Part shown: positions 42,480 through 53,613 of the stretch, piece after piece
Layout: each line of letters starts with the position of its first letter
Numbering within the stretch: position 1 is the stretch's first letter
Assembly: GCA_977862235.1 (NCBI GenBank)
Contig: OZ374563.1
Location: forward strand, 682,001-746,000
DNA from: Dudresnaya verticillata
Taxonomy: Eukaryota
DNA length: 64,000 nt
Direction: 5' to 3'
Notes under the pieces: model-generated
Seen by the model: only the letters and a program-made list of their open reading frames with translations
Database searches by the model: none
Told to the model about the DNA's origin: nothing
Made by a program: the position numbers and the translations under genes

Positions 42480-43628
42480 TTACCGAAACCGATGGAGAAC
42501 TTGGTCAGACTGCGCACAAAAACTTTCATGCTCTCCGGAAGGCCCAGCCACAACTTGACCATCGCCAGGGAGACGGGCATGCACCCCAACCGACGCTAAA
42601 GGCTGTCCCGAGGACCCTGACCCGGACGATTCTGGGTTTTGGTAGAGTTTTGTTTCATCTTCGGTGCCGTCCTCTGTGCCATCCTCTCCGACATCACTCT
42701 TGATGAGGTTGTTCGGTTTTTGTTGCTGTGCAAGTGCAATCTCTTCCTCGCGCTTGACGAATCTGCCTTGGACTCTTCTGCGCTTGTCCGCAATCATTTT
42801 ACGGCAGTCGTACTTGACTCTTCTACTGTAATTGCGCTGTGCGCGCTTCTCGCGGTACCTCTCCAAGCGTATTCTGCGCTCTGCCGGGGTGTAGCGCCCT
42901 ATTCTATAGGCCGAGGCCATCTGAGAGTCGGGGATGCTAGGCAACGGCTGCAGGCGAGACGCGAAGGCGGCGGCCGTGGCACTGGCAGGTGGCATTGGTG
43001 CCGCGGCGGCGGCGGCGGCGGCCAGCATGTGTGGATGAGGGGCGACGGTAGGGGCGGCGGGGTTGAGATTGAGGGGCTGGGAGAGTGAGAGGGGAGATTG
43101 CGAGACGATGGGAAGAGCCGCGCTTTGTTGCGGAGGGCGGTGCTGTTGAGGTTGGGATTGTGGGGGGTTTTGGGCGGGTGGTGCGGGTTGGGCAGAGGGA
43201 TCCTGGTGTCGTTGTTGTTGCTGTTGCGGGTGTTGACCTTGATGTTGGTGCTGCTGTGCCTGGAGCTGAATCTGCATCTGCAACTGCATCTGGTGAATGA
43301 CGGCAGCAGTGGGGTCTTGCAGATAATATGGGGGCTGTTGCTGTTGCGGCTGCGAAACATGCGGCTGCTGTTGCTGCTGCAGTTGTTGTCGCAGGGGTTG
43401 CGCGGGTTGCTGCTGCTGCGCAGGCGCGGCGGCGGCGGGGGAGGCGGATGGGTTGGAGTGCTGCAGGGCGTGCACGGCGTGCTGGCGTTGGTGGTAGAAA
43501 GCGGCGGTGGCGGCGGCGGCAACCGGGTCGACATAGAGCTGCGGGTAGGCGTGGAAGGCGGGAGCGGGCGGCTGCTGCTGCTGCGGGGCGGCGGGCGGCG
43601 GGCCCGACGGCGGCGGCGACGCAGACAT
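42480..43628 (-). CDS. CCT-domain transcriptional regulator with a Gln/Pro-rich N-terminus
   Basis: ERRIRLERYREKRAQRNYSRRVKYDCRKMIADKRRRVQGRFVK. Confidence 0.9.
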   Translation of the reverse strand: MSASPPPSGPPPAAPQQQQPPAPAFHAYPQLYVDPVAAAATAAFYHQRQHAVHALQHSNPSASPAAAAPAQQQQPAQPLRQQLQQQQQPHVSQPQQQQPPYYLQDPTAAVIHQMQLQMQIQLQAQQHQHQGQHPQQQQQRHQDPSAQPAPPAQNPPQSQPQQHRPPQQSAALPIVSQSPLSLSQPLNLNPAAPTVAPHPHMLAAAAAAAAPMPPASATAAAFASRLQPLPSIPDSQMASAYRIGRYTPAERRIRLERYREKRAQRNYSRRVKYDCRKMIADKRRRVQGRFVKREEEIALAQQQKPNNLIKSDVGEDGTEDGTEDETKLYQNPESSGSGSSGQPLASVGVHARLPGDGQVVAGPSGEHESFCAQSDQVLHRFR

Positions 43629-43699
43629 GGCGGGCGTGGGTGTGGTGCGGTGCGGGCAAACGCGAGGTTGATGTGGGTGGCAGGCAGCGCGTGCAGGTC

Positions 43700-43700
43700 G

Positions 43701-43736
<36 letters not shown>

Positions 43737-43866
43737 GGATCGGGCACGGGCGCTCCGGGGCGGGCCGTGGCGGGACGGGGCGGGACGGGGCGGCGTTGCG
43801 GGGCGTGTCACACGGAGGGTGGCATGTCCAGGAGGGGGGTGGTGTGTGTGTGTGTGTGTGTGTGTG
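43700..43866. repeat. (GGC)n and (TG)n microsatellites upstream of the CCT gene
   Basis: GGC run at ~43700-43733 and TG run at ~43843-43866. Confidence 0.9.
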
Positions 43867-45680
43867 CCGGGCAGCGCGGGTGGGCGCAGGCGGGCGGGTG
43901 CGCGTGTGCGCGCGCGAGTGCGCGCGGCGGGGCGCGGGGTTGGCGCGGTGGGGGTGTGGCGCGGCGGGGGGTGCGCGGCGGAGGAGGGGGGAGGTGGGAG
44001 GTGGGGGGGGTGGGGAGGTGGGAGGTGTCGTTCGCGCGCGGGCGGGGCGGGGCGCGGCGGGCGCGCGACCAGAATGAGGAAATGGCGGAATGCGCGCGGG
44101 GGCGGCGGGAGGCGGAGCTGGCGTGGTGGCGGGCGCGCGTCGGGTCCGTCAACGGCGGCTGCGCGGCGCGCGCGCGCGCAAGCGTGCGGCCGCGCGCGGC
44201 GCGAAGCGGCGCGTGCGCGATATTTTTTGCGCGGCGCGCCCCGACCGGGGCGGCGTCGGGGCGCGGCGATGCGCCTTCGGGGCGCGGCGCGCGCCCCGCG
44301 CGGCCCGCGCGCACGCAGCGTGCGGCGGCCGTGTGGCGCGTGCGCGCGCGCTGCGGCGCGGCGCGGCGCGCGGCCCGGCGATCGGGCCGGCGCGGCCGGT
44401 GTAAGCGCGCGGTGCGGCTGACAGGAGGCGGGTTGCGCGCGCCACGCGCGGTGTGATGCGGCGGCGGGCTGTGCCAGCGCACAGGCGCGAGCAGAGCAGC
44501 AAGCGGCTGCGCGACGTGCAACTGTGGCGTGCTGCACAGTAGTAGTAAGGCCGGACAAGGCCTCGAGCGGTGCGCGGTGGACTCCTCCGTACACATGGAC
44601 ATGTTGCTGTGACGCCGCCGCGCCGCGCCAACCTCCTTGGGCCGTGGCGCGATCTGCGCGCGCAAACAGGTCCAACTGTCACGAAGCGCGCTCTCCGACC
44701 CCGTGTGCCGAGCATAGCGCGCCGCCGCGCTTCACAGCGCTCCCGCACGGCGCACGCACCGACTCGTGCAGCAACCAAGGCCTGCGCGGTCGCAACAAGC
44801 GCCGAGCGAGGGCGGCAAAGGCGCATCGCATCGCATCGCATCGCGCGGGCGCATCTCCGCGGTCATTGGATGGTTTCGCCGCCCACCTCCAAGCGCGCGC
44901 CCCTGATTGGCAAGTCGCGGCGCAGCACCAGCAATGTGCATGGTTCGACGGCGGAGACGGGCCTCCGCGATTCCGCTGTGTTGCAGCTTTTGAAAGCGGG
45001 CGTGGCAGGGGCAGCTCGACGTCCCGCCTTTGCGCGGCGAGAACGCGACTGCTAACGCTAGCAGCGCGAAACGACTCGCTAGTAAAAAGTGAAGAGCATG
45101 CCATGCGGGCAAACGCTTCTACCAGCTTCTATCGGCGGCCAAGCATGGGTGAAAGTGTAGACTCCAGTGCACACACACCGCGCCTATCGTTGCTAGTGCT
45201 ATGTGCCTACCGGATCTAGCGGTAGCAGCGCACTTGGTCCCTCGCGTCGGCCCTGTCTGCTCGCCGAAGGCTCAGAGAGCAAACCATACATTCCACTTTC
45301 TCCAACCAACTCGCCAAATTCCCCTCCTTTCCAACAGCCCAACTCCTAATGATTGCCTGCGTCGCCCAAGCACCCAATGCCGCTCTATCCCGCCGCTCGC
45401 GGTCAGCCAACTTGGAAAGTCCTCAAAACCGCACCTGAGCCCCGTTGCCGCCTCACCCCCCCCAGATCCGCGCATCGCGGGACGCCTTTTCGACCGCGTG
45501 CTCATCACACCCACTCCGCATTCAGTCACCTCCGCCGCGGAGCCCAATCCGCAACCGCGCCTGGCCGCGCCCCGCCTGCACGCACCTCCCACCTGCAAAG
45601 CGCGTGCAGCCATGCCATGTCTGCCGCCGCGACCACCATTCCGCACGCGCGCGCGCGCGCCCGCCCCGCTGCGCCCCTGC

Positions 45681-45735
45681 CGCATCCGCATCCGCACCCG
45701 CATCCGCATCCGCATCCGCACCCGCACCCGCATCC
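45681..45735. repeat. (CGCAYC)n hexamer repeat
   Basis: About 9 units of CGCATC/CGCACC just upstream of the ATG at 45757. Confidence 0.9.
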
Positions 45736-45756
45736 GTCCCGCCGCGCGCCCCCGCC

Positions 45757-47181
45757 ATGCCGTGCCACCACGCGCTGGAGGCCCTGCTGGCGCGCACGCA
45801 CTTCGCCGCCGACGCGCTGCGCGTGCACCGCGCGCAGCTGGCGCGCGACCGCCGCCGCAGAGCCGCGCTCGCGCGCGCGCCGCAGAACGGCGCGCGCGCC
45901 GCCACCACCGTGCTGAGCGCGGCGCCGGCGCCGCAGCTGCACGCCGACGAGCTGCTGTGCGTTCGCGACGACGGCTCGCGCCTGCGCGTCTTCAAGGACG
46001 CCAAGCTGCTGCGACACTACGCAGACTATGACCACACGCACGGCGCCGTTTGGGACGCCGTGCTCTACTTTCTGGGCAGTCGCGCTTTTTCAGACGACGC
46101 TCAGCCCTCGGATGCGCTCGCGCTGGTTGTTGCTGCCGCGCTTGTGCTGGCGGTTTGCGAGGCCACTGAGATGACCGGGAAGATGCTGCCCGAAACGAGG
46201 AAGAAGGCAGCTGTTATGGCCAATGTTGTCATTCCGTTTAATCAGGGTACTGTTTATGCGTGCAAGACCAACCTGGCGGCTTCGGCCCAGCTGAAGAATC
46301 AGCTTCTCATCGCCCATGGCATGATTGTTGGTAGTGCGGATACCAAGAGCTCGTTTGTAACTGATATGCTCTGGTGTCTGTGTACAGAGGTTTCGTTTCT
46401 GGTCATGTTTTCTAGCTGCCCCGACATTGAGAGCACAGCTACAGATGAATTTATGAAGTTTGCAGCTGTCGCGACCGGCGTAGACTTGGTCAGTGCTCCG
46501 CCTGCTTTGCTTACTGCCCAAGGCCTTATTCAGTATTGTGGAAACACGTATAAAGTAGCTGGGTATTGTCAAGATGGCGTCATGCTGGGGCTTGTTCACA
46601 AAGGTGTCCATGCTGGCATCTTGTCATTGGCAATTACTGAATGCCTGTTCAAAGTGCTGGGCTACCACAATATCAAGGGCCCTGAAGACGTATGTGGTGG
46701 ATGTCGAGCGGCGACTGTGAAGAAAAATGGATACCTTTGGGAGTTTACAAACCCATTGATATGTGCTGATCTCAAAAGCGGGGGCGACTTTGTCGTCAAA
46801 AAGGATGGCAGCCTCTCGTTTTCAGCAGAGACTCTGCTCTACGACAAGAAGAAGGGCAAGGCAATTCGCACCACCCGAAAAGCCCTTATTTGCGAAGCGT
46901 ACGACATGCATTCACTACTGGGATTTAACCCAGAGACGTGTCCGAATCTGTCCTCACTCTTTCGTACCGGCACACCTGGCCAGATTATCGTGGCTGCCTC
47001 GGAAGGAATCTGCGTAAGTTCAACACTGCAGCGTGTGGACAGCTACGAGCTTGATGAAAGTGGACGTGTAATTAGCATCACCCATGGCGGAATCACAAAG
47101 CGAGCTGAAATTACCACGGTCGGTCGGTCATGGGGCGTTCGTGGGGGAACAAGCTTCTACTTTGAAGACGTTGTTGGCTGA
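45757..47181 (+). CDS. Hypothetical protein (~474 aa)
   Basis: Long ORF that stays open through ~50% GC sequence, with globular composition. No recognised motif. Confidence 0.8.
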   Translation: MPCHHALEALLARTHFAADALRVHRAQLARDRRRRAALARAPQNGARAATTVLSAAPAPQLHADELLCVRDDGSRLRVFKDAKLLRHYADYDHTHGAVWDAVLYFLGSRAFSDDAQPSDALALVVAAALVLAVCEATEMTGKMLPETRKKAAVMANVVIPFNQGTVYACKTNLAASAQLKNQLLIAHGMIVGSADTKSSFVTDMLWCLCTEVSFLVMFSSCPDIESTATDEFMKFAAVATGVDLVSAPPALLTAQGLIQYCGNTYKVAGYCQDGVMLGLVHKGVHAGILSLAITECLFKVLGYHNIKGPEDVCGGCRAATVKKNGYLWEFTNPLICADLKSGGDFVVKKDGSLSFSAETLLYDKKKGKAIRTTRKALICEAYDMHSLLGFNPETCPNLSSLFRTGTPGQIIVAASEGICVSSTLQRVDSYELDESGRVISITHGGITKRAEITTVGRSWGVRGGTSFYFEDVVG

Positions 47182-48830
47182 ATTACATAGGCATATTCTG
47201 ACCTAGTAGAGATGTTCACAGAGATATTCCTCTAATCTCGAAGGGTGAGAAGCGACGAGTTTTCTCGGAAGCTGCTGTATTATGTTTTCGTCAGCGAAGC
47301 TACGGGAATCAGGTGAAACCAGTTTCACAGAAGCAACAAGGGTATTGTAATTATTGCCATGTAGCCATGTCCACGAGTCTCCATTATTCCGCCTCCGGTT
47401 GCGCTGTACAAACGCTTAGGGAATAGAGACCGACATGCAAAAAAAGAAAGCAAACATAAAGCCAAGCACGGTTGTGAAGAAAACAAAAGGAGTGTGCTCT
47501 ACAAAGATAAGTTTTACTGGGCGTCGTTTGGACTTTGAAGAGCCCCAAGGTGTGAGCACAGCACAGGTTCGGGTTTCTGTCGAGCTCAGTACTGGTAGAG
47601 GAAGAACATTTAAAACTGCTGTCCTTTACTCAGCGACCCACGCAAATCGGAAGTGATCATGGAGTGTAATCGTCAAGCATTCATCCGTTCAGACTGTTTC
47701 TTGTAATCCCTTAGCCCCTCAAGGCCGACCAGTTCTGCACTTCATCGCAGGAAATGCCTGGGAAACGCTGTTTTGCAGTCTTGAAAACCGCAACAGTGAT
47801 ATTTCCTGAACTCTCCAACAGAATAGAAATCCCTTCCCGCTGCTAGGCCGCCTATCGATCTCTCAGAAGTCCAACTAGACCCAGTCTACCGGGCAGCTAG
47901 CTGGCTAGTGAGAATGGTCATCCTTGGCGTCCTTGACAAACGGACGAGCAAACCGTTTGTTGTTTGTGTTCAAATAGTCCTCCTCTGTTTGATCCGTCGA
48001 TCGTTCGCATTATCGCATTGTACCTGCAAGTGTTAGAAAAAATCTTGGAGTGACACATGTTGTATGGTTGCAATCCGGCAATGCCGGGAGGGAAATGTCG
48101 TTTCGCGCGTCTGCAACGTACCCTTGACACGGAACAGGTAGCCGCTCAGAGCGAACACCGTGGTGAAACCGATCGCAAAGCTAGAGAATAGACAAAGAGA
48201 GTATAACCGCCGCAGCGAGACAAATAGTCAAGAGAAGTTAGTTGATAAAGCTGAAGAACGAAAAGCGCCATGGAGTCTCAATAGCAAGCAATGCGTCGGA
48301 ACGCATGCGATGACGTACGGGTACAGCTGGCGACCGCGGAGGTTTTTCGAGAAAGTTTGGAGGACGGTCGTCATCGTTTCTGTAGTGGATGAACGACCGG
48401 GAAGGTTCGGGCGGAAGGTGGTCGGGCGATGTTGGGTGGAGATGGGAGGTCGCAACGATTGCTTTGTGCGGCGGATGGTTTTGAGGGTCAGGCTGAGGAG
48501 CAATGAACGACTGCGTGTCTTTGCTGGCTTCTCCCGATCGGGCCGAAAGCCAAAATATTTTTTGAAAACCCCATTTGTAAGATTTGAAAGCGCACCGCGT
48601 CTTCCGCTGCGCTTGAGCATTTTAGGCTTGTTTGTGATAACCGCTTTTCTTGCCCGCGTAGGATCATTCCTGCTTCTTCGTCTGCAGCAGCCCTTTTTGT
48701 CCTGTCGAACGAAGCCCAACACTACCGTGGCGATTGCTTCTCTTGAGCACGCAAACGACTGCTTGTTCTGGGCTACTGTCAACAGGTTCTAGTGCTCAAG
48801 ACTTCGTTCTTTCCCGTGTTACTGTCAGCC

Positions 48831-49816
48831 ATGTCGGAAGCTCCTCAGGTCGCGGAGCCTGCCGCTGCCAACGAGGTGGCGGGTGAAGTTCCCGATATCA
48901 AGGAAAAAGCACCAGAGCAAGTGCAGGAGAACTCGGAAGATTATGCCGAGAATGATGAATCGGCTGAGGCGGAAACCCAAGATGTTGATGCGGTAAGTCC
49001 GGTTCCCGATTAACTTTCCAACTCTCGGTTGGCCGTGTTTCTCGTGTCTAACCATGTAGAGGTGAAATTCTATGTTTTCCGCGTCTATCGTGTTGTAGGA
49101 GCTCGAAGCAATGAAAAAACGGTTGGCTCAGATGGAAGCGGAGTCTGCCGGCTTAAGGGACGGATCTGCGAGTGGTTCCCAGGAGCAAAGCACCGTGTCT
49201 AACGGTGTTCCAAACCAGAACGGAGAAGGCACGACTTCTGGAGCGGCTACCGGGCAGCCAAAGTTTACGCCAAGTGGCCCGGCTCATATGTCGCTGTCAC
49301 CTGATTCAGTTGCGGATGCGGATGCCCGCTCCATCTACGTCGGAAACGTAAGTCATCCTCTTCCCTGACCCATACTGCGCCGCGGAGAATGAAATCTTGA
49401 AGTGATTCATCTTGCATTGCCCTGAAGCATTTACTGATCAACAAGTCCTGCCTTTTTGTAACTTTACCGCTTCCTTGTTCCAACAGGTGGATTACGCCGC
49501 GACTGGAGATCAATTGAGTGCACACTTTGCAGATTGCGGTACTATCAATCGCGTTACTATTATGACGAACAAGGCTACGGGACAGCCAAAGGGCTTTGCC
49601 TACATCGAGTTCCAAGACAATCTCGCTGCGCAGAACGCCCTCATTTTGAACGAGTCCACGTTCCTGGGCAGGCCGTTGAAGATTGTACCGAAGCGAACGA
49701 ACATTCCTGCAGCCTATCGTGGCTTTGGCCGGGGGCGAGGACGGTATTCCCGTGGTGGGAGAGGGGTTTCCAGGCGTCCCAGACGCTCGTGGCGTGGCCG
49801 ATGGGCGCCATACTAA
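48831..49816 (+). CDS. PABPN1: Nuclear poly(A)-binding protein; exons 48831-48992, 49099-49347 and 49487-49816
   Basis: [15 protein letters not shown] coiled coil, [32 protein letters not shown] and an RG-rich tail ending APY. Two phase-0 GTAAGT introns. Confidence 0.94.
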
Positions 49817-50162
49817 TTTACCAGTCGCATAACGTGTATGCGCAACCGATTTAGGTATGGGGGCCGTGTTGACGGGATTCGCTCAGCACTGCGCTTTTTG
49901 AGTAACGTGGTGTTGACGTATCAATGGAGCCAGCTTTGAAACCAAAAGCTCCGAGTGCATGGGAAGACCTGCATGGAGCAGCTTGCTCTCTTTTTGTTTT
50001 CTGTTTCTAATGTGTACAGACGCTGCCCCATCTCCTTCAGAACAAATGTACAGTGCACGATCTGGGTAAATCACCTTGCGGTTCAAGATGGCACCTAACT
50101 TTTCATAACGTGTCAGTGGGCTAGCAATAGGTAGTCGCCCTGCCTTCGCACTAAGACTGGCT

Positions 50163-50948
50163 TTACTGCGGAAGTTGTCCTGGGTATAACTTGGCAAGGC
50201 GTGGGGGATTGGCCTTGATAAAGTTTGTCAACAGGCGGATCACTTCCTTGCCGATTTCGTCAACAGGTTGATCGGGTTTAATGCTCACAGTGACGTCTGC
50301 TTGCTCGTACAGGTGGCGACGCTTTTCCAATATCGACGAGACCCTTTCCGTCAGATCATCAGCATTGGCCAACAGAGGTCTCCCTGTGTCGCCCTTGAGG
50401 CGATCAACGAGCACACCAACTGGAGCCTCTAGATACACAACGATACCCGTCTGCATCTTCCCCCAATTTTCCTGACGCAACACAGCGCCACCCCCAGTTG
50501 CGATGGAGCAACCAATAAAAGCTTGTACATGGTCAAGGATAGCTGATTCAATGTCTCGAAAAGCTTCTTCTCCGCTCTCCTCGAATATCTCTGGAATACT
50601 CTTCTTTGCAACCTGCTCGATGAGATCATCTGTGTCAAGAAATCTAAAGCCCAGTTCAAATGCCATGTACTTGCCGACAGCGCTTTTCCCACTGCCCATG
50701 GGACCAACCAAAAAGATCGAGCACTTTTTCAGGACACTTCGAAGTTCCTTAACTGCTGGCTTCAAGTCACGCTGGGGCTGATTTCGATTTGAAGCCTGGC
50801 TGTAGACCCGCAGGTGAGCATGCCGAGATATGGCCCTCTGCTGAATACGCCGACTGGGGAGAGCGCGTCTGCAAACGGATGCATCACCCCATGCTGATGC
50901 GCTCCCCTTCGATGGAAGTGCAACAGCGTTAACAAAACCTGTTGACAT
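50163..50948 (-). CDS. Shikimate kinase, plastid-targeted
   Basis: LVGPMGSGKS, FLDTD, GEEAFRDIE, ATGGG and RPLL motifs. MSTGFV transit-peptide start. Confidence 0.95.
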   Translation of the reverse strand: MSTGFVNAVALPSKGSASAWGDASVCRRALPSRRIQQRAISRHAHLRVYSQASNRNQPQRDLKPAVKELRSVLKKCSIFLVGPMGSGKSAVGKYMAFELGFRFLDTDDLIEQVAKKSIPEIFEESGEEAFRDIESAILDHVQAFIGCSIATGGGAVLRQENWGKMQTGIVVYLEAPVGVLVDRLKGDTGRPLLANADDLTERVSSILEKRRHLYEQADVTVSIKPDQPVDEIGKEVIRLLTNFIKANPPRLAKLYPGQLPQ

Positions 50949-51424
50949 TGTCCAAAGGTATTTTTTGTTCCCTCTCCTGCGGCTGTGTCCGCGATGTGTA
51001 ACAACCGCTAACGGGTCCACCTCCTCGGCAGCCGAGTGACACAGAAACAGAAGCTTTTCGCGCGATGGGGAGGGCAGATTCGATACTCTTTATTGTATGC
51101 CAGAGAGGGAGCTCGAGGAAATAATCTGCCAAAAAATAGGGTTGTCCAGTCCTTGCCCCAGGAGCAGGCTGAAGATTGCTCCCACACTCGCCACGCCGTT
51201 AAGTTGACTCGCAGCTGCAGTCATTCAGGTGTCGTGAATGCCGAACGAAGAGTGTGAAAAGACCATTTCCGGGTTGTACTGTAGCAGCGAGTGTGGTGAC
51301 AACGCGTTTGCACTGAACACGCAACCCTGTTGCCAAGTACCGCTTACCGCTGCAACGACAACAGACCGAAACGGGTCGGCAGTATCACAGTTGTCCTGAA
51401 AGCAGAGCGCAGACGGCCTTTGTA

Positions 51425-52210
51425 ATGTCAACCGCAACAGAGAGAAAAACGAAGAGGGCCCCACAAACAGAAGATCTACCAACAACCAAACGATTGCGTG
51501 CCGACTCTAAAGCCGGAGCCATGGACGGCGCAGTGGCCGGTACCGAAATATCGCGTGGAGCTGAGGCAGTTGTTTCACGCCTTCCCTATCTGGGCCGTCT
51601 TGCGGTGTGGAAGAAGCGTTTTGCGAAGCGCTACCGACACCCCGAATTGGACTCAAAGCTGACCTCGAGAAGGCTGCAGCAGGAAGCACGTATTTTGCTG
51701 CGCTTGCGCAAGGCAGGCATTCGAGTGCCGGCTGTTTATCATGTCGATCTGAAGAACAGTGTCATTATCATGGAGCATTTGCCGGGCATGACGCTCAAAG
51801 CGTTTTTGCAACGCGCGGAGGGTGATCAGACGGGAGACGCGATTATGCGAGAGGCAGGCAAAGAGGTAGCCAGAATGCATCGTTGCAAAATTGTGCACGG
51901 AGACCTCACAACTGGAAATATCATGGTCTTGTCAGGGCCGCAAACTGGTGCGAACGACAAAACGGAAGGGGAACCTCTAACGGTATGCATCATAGATTTC
52001 GGGCTTAGCAGTGGGAACGGGACAGAGGAGGATATGGCCGTGGATTTGTACGTATTTGAAAGAGCGGTGATCTCAGCGCACTCTGAGTCAGCAAAGCCGC
52101 TGAACGATGCGTTTTTGTCGGCATACGCTCAGGAGCTGAACATGCCCGCCGTGATGAAACGGTTGGCGGAGGTGCGATCCAGAGGGCGCAAGCGCGACAT
52201 GACCGGGTGA
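51425..52210 (+). CDS. BUD32: KEOPS complex kinase Bud32/TP53RK
   Basis: GAEA, KRFAKRYRHPELD, HGDLTTGN, IDFGL, AVDLYVFERA and a C-terminal RGRKRDMTG. Confidence 0.96.
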   Translation: MSTATERKTKRAPQTEDLPTTKRLRADSKAGAMDGAVAGTEISRGAEAVVSRLPYLGRLAVWKKRFAKRYRHPELDSKLTSRRLQQEARILLRLRKAGIRVPAVYHVDLKNSVIIMEHLPGMTLKAFLQRAEGDQTGDAIMREAGKEVARMHRCKIVHGDLTTGNIMVLSGPQTGANDKTEGEPLTVCIIDFGLSSGNGTEEDMAVDLYVFERAVISAHSESAKPLNDAFLSAYAQELNMPAVMKRLAEVRSRGRKRDMTG

Positions 52211-52360
52211 AGAAAGAGCACAGAGGAAGTTCGCAAACGCTAACCCTTTTACGGAAACAGAAAAAAACGCAGGCGGATGCGGCACGACTCAAAGAGTCCT
52301 TTGTTGTTTTCTTTTTTTGTACATTTCCTGCAAGGACAATGAAATAGCAGCGTGGTTAGC

Positions 52361-53011
52361 CTACTTCGATTCAGTTGCGTCTACTACGGCTTCGGGCTCG
52401 TCCTCTTCGTCAGAAGTGGAGGCACCGGAGCCAAAGTCCATATCCTGGAGGTCCTTGTTGTCAGCAAACTGGGAACCGAAGGAGTATTCGTCGTCATCCT
52501 CGTCCTCATCCTTCCAGTTGTCCCAGTCAACCTTGCAGTGGACATTACGACCCTCCGGTTTCAGGAGGCGATCCCAGTACGGGCCACTGTCAGCCTTGAT
52601 GATTTTGAAGAAGACCGAGCGGGCCGTGATCTTCGATTTGCTCTGATCGGCCTTGACCGGCTTGAAGAGCGTAACATCCAGCATATAGTCTTCCTCGTGA
52701 CCAACGTTGCCGCCCGGCCCCTTGAAGTAGACATGGCCGTCATCCGTTAGCTTGATCGTGGCCTCATCCTTCTTCACGTTTGGCACGTTGATGGTCAGGT
52801 ATATCTGATCCTTCCGCTGAGCCCAGAGGAACTCTGGAGTGAGCGCGGTCGGTCTGTCGGAGGACGACATAGCACAGCAGGCACGTAGGGCGCAGTGGAC
52901 AAGTAAGGCGGGTCAGCACTTGGATTGCTTGCTAATGCACAAGGATGCTTGTTCACTTTGAGCGCGTGAATATCCGAACTAGGAAAGTACAAGGCAGAAG
53001 ACGTACCCCAT
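52361..53011 (-). CDS. HSP90 co-chaperone p23 (Sba1/PTGES3 family); probable exons 53011-53007 and 52853-52361
   Basis: PEFLWAQR, YWDRLLK, KVDWDNWKDED and an acidic tail. ATGGG|GTACGT...CTGAC...CAG splices in frame (MGPTALTP). An unspliced ATG at 52870 is the alternative start. Confidence 0.92.
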
Positions 53012-53289
53012 GTCAGTTGCTTGAGAATTTGTGAGGCACGCGGAGCGTGATAGGCTCGATGAGGGTGGTTGGTCGCGATTGCGGTCGTCTGAAGAGTAGC
53101 AGCTTACTTGGGGGGTACGGCGCTTCGCGAGGACGTCGTCAAAGGCCCAACAGCTGGAGGATTGCGAATGCGTTGTGGAACGGGTGAACGGGGGGGGGGG
53201 GGAGTGGACACGACTGGGCGCTTGTGTGCGGCGAAGCGTCGGCAACTTAAAAACTCGGATCTCGATCGGAAAGAACCGGCAAATTCGGC

Positions 53290-53410
53290 GTTGGACGTCG
53301 GAATCGAGCCAAGGACGTGGCGACACGTTGCCACGGGCAACACGTGGCGATACGTCGCCACTGCCACGTGGCGATACGTCGCCACGTGGCACAGATCTAT
53401 CTAGAAACAC
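53290..53410. promoter_or_regulatory. G-box/ACGT cluster in the p23-AHA1 divergent promoter
   Basis: Three CACGTG (53341, 53365, 53383), eight ACGT cores and a duplicated CACGTGGCGATACGTCGCCAC. Confidence 0.7.
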
Positions 53411-53613
53411 CGCGACTGCATAGTCGACGCCCCAGCCGCCCCACAGCGCCACGCCCCGTCGTCACATTTTTGAGCGGGCACGGCACCGCGTTCGGCGCAG
53501 TGCTCGCCGCCAATTTCGTTCCGCACACTGCAACTTTCTACCGTCCGCTCCGCGCAGTTCGCCGCATCCACTCTGTCGTCGTAGCCGCCAGCCCTACCCC
53601 GCCCCCATTCGCA

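Noticed and set aside
43629..45756. Long ORFs, including the N-terminal extension of the 731-aa ORF
   Set aside because: These are products of extreme GC content and microsatellites with Arg/Ala/Pro-only composition. Downstream ATGs fit better. The same applies to the upstream extensions of HIRA, ELG1, TAF13, NDUFV2 and AHA1.
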